A DNA stretch of 64,000 bases from Candidatus Bathyarchaeota archaeon. Its GTDB lineage: Archaea > Thermoproteota > Bathyarchaeia > 40CM-2-53-6. The position numbers and the translations under genes were made by a program. The notes beneath the pieces were generated by a model that had not been told where the DNA came from, searched no databases, and saw nothing but the letters and a program-made list of their open reading frames with translations. Positions 58,940-64,000 of the stretch are shown here, piece by piece. How positions within the stretch are numbered: position 1 is the stretch's first letter; the number at the start of each line of letters is the position of its first letter. The DNA is taken from the NCBI GenBank assembly GCA_963733055.1, contig CAVTBR010000001.1:128001-192000 (forward strand), written 5' to 3'.

Positions 58940-61900
58940 TCAAAGTTTAGCTTCTGTTATCATCAGGTCGCGTTTTGCACCGAGTTTCCTGAAGAGTTCC
59001 GATGCCTCCCCGAGTCGCTTCTTCGATTCTTCAACCTTCGTCGTTCCTAGAAATTCAGCGTATGCTGCGAGGGCCTTGGCCTTGTAGTACGGCCAACCCG
59101 CCTTATCCCACAAAGCTAGGCATCCGAGATAAGCTTCCTCCGCTCCTTTGAGATCGCCAGTAGCAAGTAGGAGGTTTGCTTCAGCCTGCATAGCCATTGC
59201 CATGCCTGCTTGGCCATTCAGTTGCGCCGCAAGTCGTTTCGCCCACTGAGAACTGTTCCGTGCCTTCTCGATTTCTCCTTGCCTAGCATAAACTTGGGTT
59301 AAGTAGAGCAACGTTTCGATGTGATTTAATGGCTGAGTGCTGAATTCGGCATCTTTGAAGGCCTCAACATTTGATTCGAAATAAGGCTTAGCCTCATCGT
59401 CCCTTCCCTGTGCCATTCGGAGTTGGCCCAACTCCAGATTAACTTCAACAAGAGAGGCCAATGTTGAATCTCGCTTGATCAAGGATCGAAGATACCTTTC
59501 GAATTCCTCAGACTTTCCTTCCAACAGATGTCGAAGCTTTTCCCTTCGGAGTTTGTAGTATTCTGAGGGAGCCGCTCCGAGCCGGTCGAAGACTTCGAAG
59601 GCCTTGTCGGCTTCATTACGCGCCTTCCCCCAGTCTCCTCTTAGCATGTCCACATACGACAACCATCCCAGTGAGGTAGCTTGCATCATAATGTCGTTCA
59701 ATCTGGCTGCTAACTCGAATCGTTTCAGCATGAATTCGCGGGCTTTCGTGAGGTCTCTGGGATACCAGTATACACTCAAGTTAAGGGAAGCACGGAAGGC
59801 TTGAATGTATTGTTCGTGTTGCAGCGATAACTCGAGAGCCTTTTCCCAGAGCGTAAGGCCTTCGTCGATTTTGCCTGTGTCAGTTAGGAGCGCACCCTTA
59901 TTGCCAATTGCCATTGAGATGGCTTCGAAGTTCCCGCTTTTCTCTCCCGCCTTTAGACCACGTTCCGACCAATTAGCGACTTCGCTACGCTCCTCGCATA
60001 GACCATGGAACCAAGCTAATCTTGAATAGATCGCTGCGGCCTCAAAGCTTTCCTGATCGGATTCAACATTTTTGAGACCTCGTTCAAGCACCGAGATCGC
60101 TTCATGGTACGCTGTCGATTCGATAGTACTGAACCCTCCGCGGCCGATCGCGTCTGATAGTCTGACAGAAATTCGTGCACATGCCGTGAGGTTGTTCAGT
60201 CGGCTGAAGATTGAGCGGGCTAGCTCATAATCGCGCGCGCTTTCTTGAAGCCTACCAGCGTAAAAGTAGCATTCCGCTAGCTTCTCGAGGGCGCCCGCCT
60301 TAATCTCGTTATTTTCCCCTTCAAGATCCATTAGATCAGATGCGAGTTTGAAGTCGTGGATGGCAGCATCATATGCATGAACAGACCTGTTCCTATCTCC
60401 CGCCATGATTGAATACTTGACCGTCCGCTCCTTGTCGCCGCCCTCAGAGTAATGACTCGCTAACGCTTCAGCGTGGGATTCAAGGGTCTTCGAGTAATGC
60501 TTCTCCATAGACTCCGCAATCTTCAGATGATACCTCCGACGCTTCAGCAGGATCAGGTCTTCGAGTAACAGCTCCCGAACCCGTGGGTCTGCGAACCTTA
60601 GTCTGCCATGCTCCATCTGGAGCTCAACGACCAGCCCCTGATTTATAGTGGCTTCAAGCTTCTCGAGCAGTGTGTCTTCAGTGAGTTGCAAGGCTTCCTT
60701 TAGAATCTCGAAATCAAACTCGGACCCAATGACCGCCGCCCACTGGAGGATTGAGAGAGTTTCGGGGTCGAGTTTCGTAAGCCGAGCCCTAAGCGCCGTC
60801 TTTACACTTCTTGGAATGGTCAGGTCTTGGATTGGTTTTCGTTCCCATCCCTTGTCCGTACGATAGATTGTTCCATCCTCTACGAGTGATCGGAGAACCT
60901 CCTCAACAAAGAATGGGTTCCCGCCTGTTCTCTCAAAGAGAAGCTCCGCGAACTCGCCAGAGAGTGTTTGTTCGCCGAAAATGCCTTTGATCAGCTTTGT
61001 TGTACCCTCTAGGTCCAGACCTTTTACTGAAATGGTCTCCAGAAGCCGTTGCTTGTTGAATTTCATCATGGTCTGTTCAAGTGGGCTGTCAGCTTCAATA
61101 TCACGTTCCGGAGGCAGAGAGCAAACCATCAAGACGCGTGAGTCGGTACTGCTCCTGACCAAATATTCGAGCAAATCCAATGATGGCTGATCGGCGAATT
61201 GCATATCATCAAACAGCAAGAGGAGCGGAGATTCCTTACAAATGGAAATGAAGAACTGTGTGACAGCCTCGAAGAAGCGCAGCTTATCCTGTTGCTCTCC
61301 GAGGGACTTGGGTGGCGGAATAGTTCCAACCTTCACAGCGAGGTCCGGAACCAACTTCACAAGCTCAGAAGCGTTGGGACCCAGCATTCTTTGCAAAACT
61401 TCTCCAGCGGCTTGTGCCACATATTGCCTTGCAATTTCGATCCAAGGAGCGTAGGCTACTCCCTCCTCGGATGCGGTACCGGACAAGACCAATGAGATCT
61501 TGGATCTCGCGTAGGTTGCCAGCTCGTGCATGAGGCGTGTCTTGCCTACACCCGCCTCACCCTGCATCGCAACCACCGACCCTCGACCACCAAGTGCACT
61601 GTCAAACGATGCCTTGAGCCTGGAGAGTTCCTCTTTTCGACTCACGAAGGACGTTGCCCAACGGGGTTCCTTGGACGGAGCGGCTGCGACCGTACCAGAT
61701 GTTTCAGATACTCGTGTCTGAGCGGTCAAATCGACCAGTGACAGCTCTTTCTCCACAACCTCGACACCATGCATCCATTTTACTCGAAGTGACTTCTGTC
61801 CCTCCCCCTCGACGATCTCCAGATTACCATCAAAGAGACCAACAACGGCCTGGACATCTTCGCCGGAATGCATGTATGGATTCAAAACAGCGAGGGTCGT

Positions 61901-62473
61901 GATTGACTTTGATCTCAATCGTTCTAGTAGTTCTGTTAGCCATTTTCGTGTTTGGAGGCCCTTGTGGCGAAGCAGAACGTCGGACAGGATGTCGAGTACA
62001 ATACGTTTCGGTTGAATCGAGATTAAGGCGTCGTTCATCTGAAGGTTCAGGTCTGTGAGACTATCAATTCCCTTACCCGGAATCACGTTCTTTGAGGGTG
62101 GAACAGGTTTGTCGCTGCAAACAAGAACCTTGACGCCCTGAGTTGAATCATGCGTCACGATTTCGGCGGATGAAGACGTCCGACAGATCAGCAGACTCTC
62201 ATCCGATTCAACTCGCAGAAACCGTTTGAGAAGTATCGGCACCTCATCGCTTGCGGGAGCATTCAACACAATCATCGAACCCGCGAGGAATCCGCCCTGA
62301 AGAGCCTTGTCTAAGGTAGCGTACCCAGTCGAAACCTTACTCTTCATTGAAGTGGCAGGAGCTGGCTTTTCGGTCAAGTTTGCGAGGGCCCTAAACCTGC
62401 AAGCGTGTATGCTTCCCAAAAGAGGTTTACGGTCCGAGACAGCAAAAAGCTCATCATCTGACCCATTGTCCAC
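58940..62473 (-). CDS. STAND-type NTPase with N-terminal degenerate KaiC-like domain and C-terminal TPRs
   Basis: VSTGYATLDKAL.GG (KaiC start, no Walker A); FVSR..EL, GEAGVGKTRL, LLLFDDMQ.AD, TGGNPFFVEE; TPR helices; true start may be TTG at 62377. Confidence 0.85.
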   Translation of the reverse strand: MDNGSDDELFAVSDRKPLLGSIHACRFRALANLTEKPAPATSMKSKVSTGYATLDKALQGGFLAGSMIVLNAPASDEVPILLKRFLRVESDESLLICRTSSSAEIVTHDSTQGVKVLVCSDKPVPPSKNVIPGKGIDSLTDLNLQMNDALISIQPKRIVLDILSDVLLRHKGLQTRKWLTELLERLRSKSITTLAVLNPYMHSGEDVQAVVGLFDGNLEIVEGEGQKSLRVKWMHGVEVVEKELSLVDLTAQTRVSETSGTVAAAPSKEPRWATSFVSRKEELSRLKASFDSALGGRGSVVAMQGEAGVGKTRLMHELATYARSKISLVLSGTASEEGVAYAPWIEIARQYVAQAAGEVLQRMLGPNASELVKLVPDLAVKVGTIPPPKSLGEQQDKLRFFEAVTQFFISICKESPLLLLFDDMQFADQPSLDLLEYLVRSSTDSRVLMVCSLPPERDIEADSPLEQTMMKFNKQRLLETISVKGLDLEGTTKLIKGIFGEQTLSGEFAELLFERTGGNPFFVEEVLRSLVEDGTIYRTDKGWERKPIQDLTIPRSVKTALRARLTKLDPETLSILQWAAVIGSEFDFEILKEALQLTEDTLLEKLEATINQGLVVELQMEHGRLRFADPRVRELLLEDLILLKRRRYHLKIAESMEKHYSKTLESHAEALASHYSEGGDKERTVKYSIMAGDRNRSVHAYDAAIHDFKLASDLMDLEGENNEIKAGALEKLAECYFYAGRLQESARDYELARSIFSRLNNLTACARISVRLSDAIGRGGFSTIESTAYHEAISVLERGLKNVESDQESFEAAAIYSRLAWFHGLCEERSEVANWSERGLKAGEKSGNFEAISMAIGNKGALLTDTGKIDEGLTLWEKALELSLQHEQYIQAFRASLNLSVYWYPRDLTKAREFMLKRFELAARLNDIMMQATSLGWLSYVDMLRGDWGKARNEADKAFEVFDRLGAAPSEYYKLRREKLRHLLEGKSEEFERYLRSLIKRDSTLASLVEVNLELGQLRMAQGRDDEAKPYFESNVEAFKDAEFSTQPLNHIETLLYLTQVYARQGEIEKARNSSQWAKRLAAQLNGQAGMAMAMQAEANLLLATGDLKGAEEAYLGCLALWDKAGWPYYKAKALAAYAEFLGTTKVEESKKRLGEASELFRKLGAKRDLMITEAKL

Positions 62474-62477
62474 AAAT

Positions 62478-62493
62478 CAACATCTAGATGTTG
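62478..62493. promoter_or_regulatory. Perfect 16-bp palindrome CAACATCTAGATGTTG
   Basis: Intergenic, upstream of the STAND gene. Confidence 0.4.
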
Positions 62494-62559
62494 CCCGAGA
62501 GTTAGCAACTAGCACAATTAGAAAAGGATATGATTCATTCGATCTTGATGACTTCGGTC

Positions 62560-62631
62560 TTCTTCCACTTCAGTGTACCATTTCTGTTTGGTTCCCATTC
62601 GACTGCGAATTTTCCAACCCATGGATTTAGG
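62560..62631 (-). pseudogene. C-terminal remnant of a paralog of the 6456-7214 nucleotidyltransferase
   Basis: PKSMGWKIRSRMGTKQKWYTEVEE versus PKSMGWKARARVGEKVPWYKLPDD. Confidence 0.7.
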
Positions 62632-62860
62632 ATTTATGACCCAACGACGAGCGCATATTCGATGTTCAAATAACAATAGATGATATTGCAACTGATAAAA
62701 GATAACGCGGGACCGAGGACGAAGAATTGATTGCTCCTCGCAGAAACCACACCGGGCCAAGGGTGCTACGATGACGCCTAACTTTTTCACGCGTCTTCAA
62801 CTGCATTGATGTCCGCAAAGGCATAAATACAAATCGAATGCAGCCTGTTGCAGGTTCGGT

Positions 62861-64000
62861 TTGTCCAAATCCAAGATTTTCGTTAGAGACGCTACTGGCC
62901 TAGTACGTGAAATATCTGGTTTCCGGGCTTTCGTTCTAAGTTTGTTCGTTATCGCACCCGCCCTCGTGCTGTTGTGGATCGTTGTTGGACAGGCGATTTT
63001 TCCGGGCGCCAACCTATACATATCAACCCTGCTCGCCCTCCCTTCGAGCTTGATTATGGGGCTAATTTACGTTCAGTTCGCAAGCGTCTTCCCGCGGTTC
63101 CGGAGGGGATTACGTCTACATCGGCAGGACATTGCACCCGTCCCTCGGGTTCATGTCGAATTTCGTTGTCAGCTTAATCTTCCTGTCCGCGGCGGGCTCT
63201 TTTGCGGTTTACATTAGCACCTTCGGCTTTGGCCCTATGCTCGGCGTTCTAGGAGTGCTTTATGCGAATCCAAGTTACTCATCCATGGCCGGAATTTTCA
63301 ATGTCCCGCTGAATCAACTAATCATAGGCGTCCTATTCGTTATCGGACTCAACCTCTTCGTCTTCCTCGGAACCCGCACCACATTCCTAGTCAAGAACGC
63401 ACTGTTCATAATCACCTACATCGGAATCATAGCTTACATCGTGGCGATGGCCGTTACCTCAAACTCTTCGTTCGTATCCAACTTCAACTCTGTCTCAACC
63501 CTGCCCTACGACAAAGTGATCTCTACCGCCCAATCGGCGGGCGCCAACCTCGCGTTCAACTGGAGCGACACGGTCGGAGCGGTAGTATACATGAATCTAG
63601 CTGTACTAGGTTACGTGGCCAGCAGCTACACCGGTGGCGAAGTCCGGAATCCCCAGAAATCCCAGATGATAGGTATCGTTGGTTCATTGCTCTTCTACAT
63701 CTTTTTCCTGTTCTTGGCAATCGGGGTAACTTACACGACGATGGGGCATGATTTTCTTGCATCGATCGGCTACTTAGGTGTCACCGCAAACCCGGCCTAC
63801 ACAATTCCGGCTCCTCTACCAATACTCACCGCCCTAGCGGGCTACGGTACCCTCAGTCCCGCCCTGGAAATTCTTCTTGGGATCGGAATCATAACGACAC
63901 TGTTTGGTGTCATCATTGCATTGACTTTCGCCTCGAGCCGAATGATCTTTGCCTGGAGCTTTGACGCCGTTATCCCAACAAAGTTCGCTGACGTGAGCGA
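62861..64000 (+). CDS. APC-family permease (runs off the right edge; +1 frameshift near 63098)
   Basis: FVRDATGLVRE; PR/SGGDYVYIGR; SRMIFAWSFD. Confidence 0.88.

Noticed and set aside
62518-62790. 90-aa ORF as an intact gene
   Set aside because: Only a 24-codon segment is protein-like (the NTase remnant)
1-64000. CRISPR arrays, IS elements, integrases, rRNA and tRNA genes
   Set aside because: No spaced direct repeats, transposase or integrase motifs, or structural RNA signatures seen by eye

Overview
Archaeal chromosomal DNA, most likely TACK/Bathyarchaeia-like. This is inferred from archaeosine TGT, SmAP3, a TackOD1 domain, GGTGA/GGAGG ribosome-binding sites, many TTG starts and an IPGFP-ESI C-terminal sorting tail. 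The window is gene-dense and I see no rRNA, tRNA, CRISPR array or transposase. From left to right: (1) housekeeping block (tgtA, SmAP3, AK6); (2) amino-acid uptake/catabolism genes (APC permease, nucleotidyltransferase, metallophosphoesterase, PLP aldolases/dehydratase, Ldh2-family reductase); (3) TackOD1 protein, GT2 synthase and CAP surface protein; (4) a ~14 kb anaerobic-respiration island with a Tat-exported DMSO-reductase-family Mo enzyme operon, mobA/mobB, tatA, a DmsR/NarO-like regulator with palindromic sites, a membrane-anchored cupredoxin-fused NirK and a Tat-signal-bearing ubiquitin-like protein; (5) ECF transporter plus catabolic enzymes; (6) thrC-like/SAMP/decayed moeB sulfur-relay locus; (7) a putative signalling module of KaiC-STAND-TPR protein, small secreted peptide with a strong 3' hairpin, tandem wHTH regulator and KaiC ATPase. 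About eight genes carry single frameshifts, probably assembly indels. All product calls come from motif recognition by eye; no database search was run.
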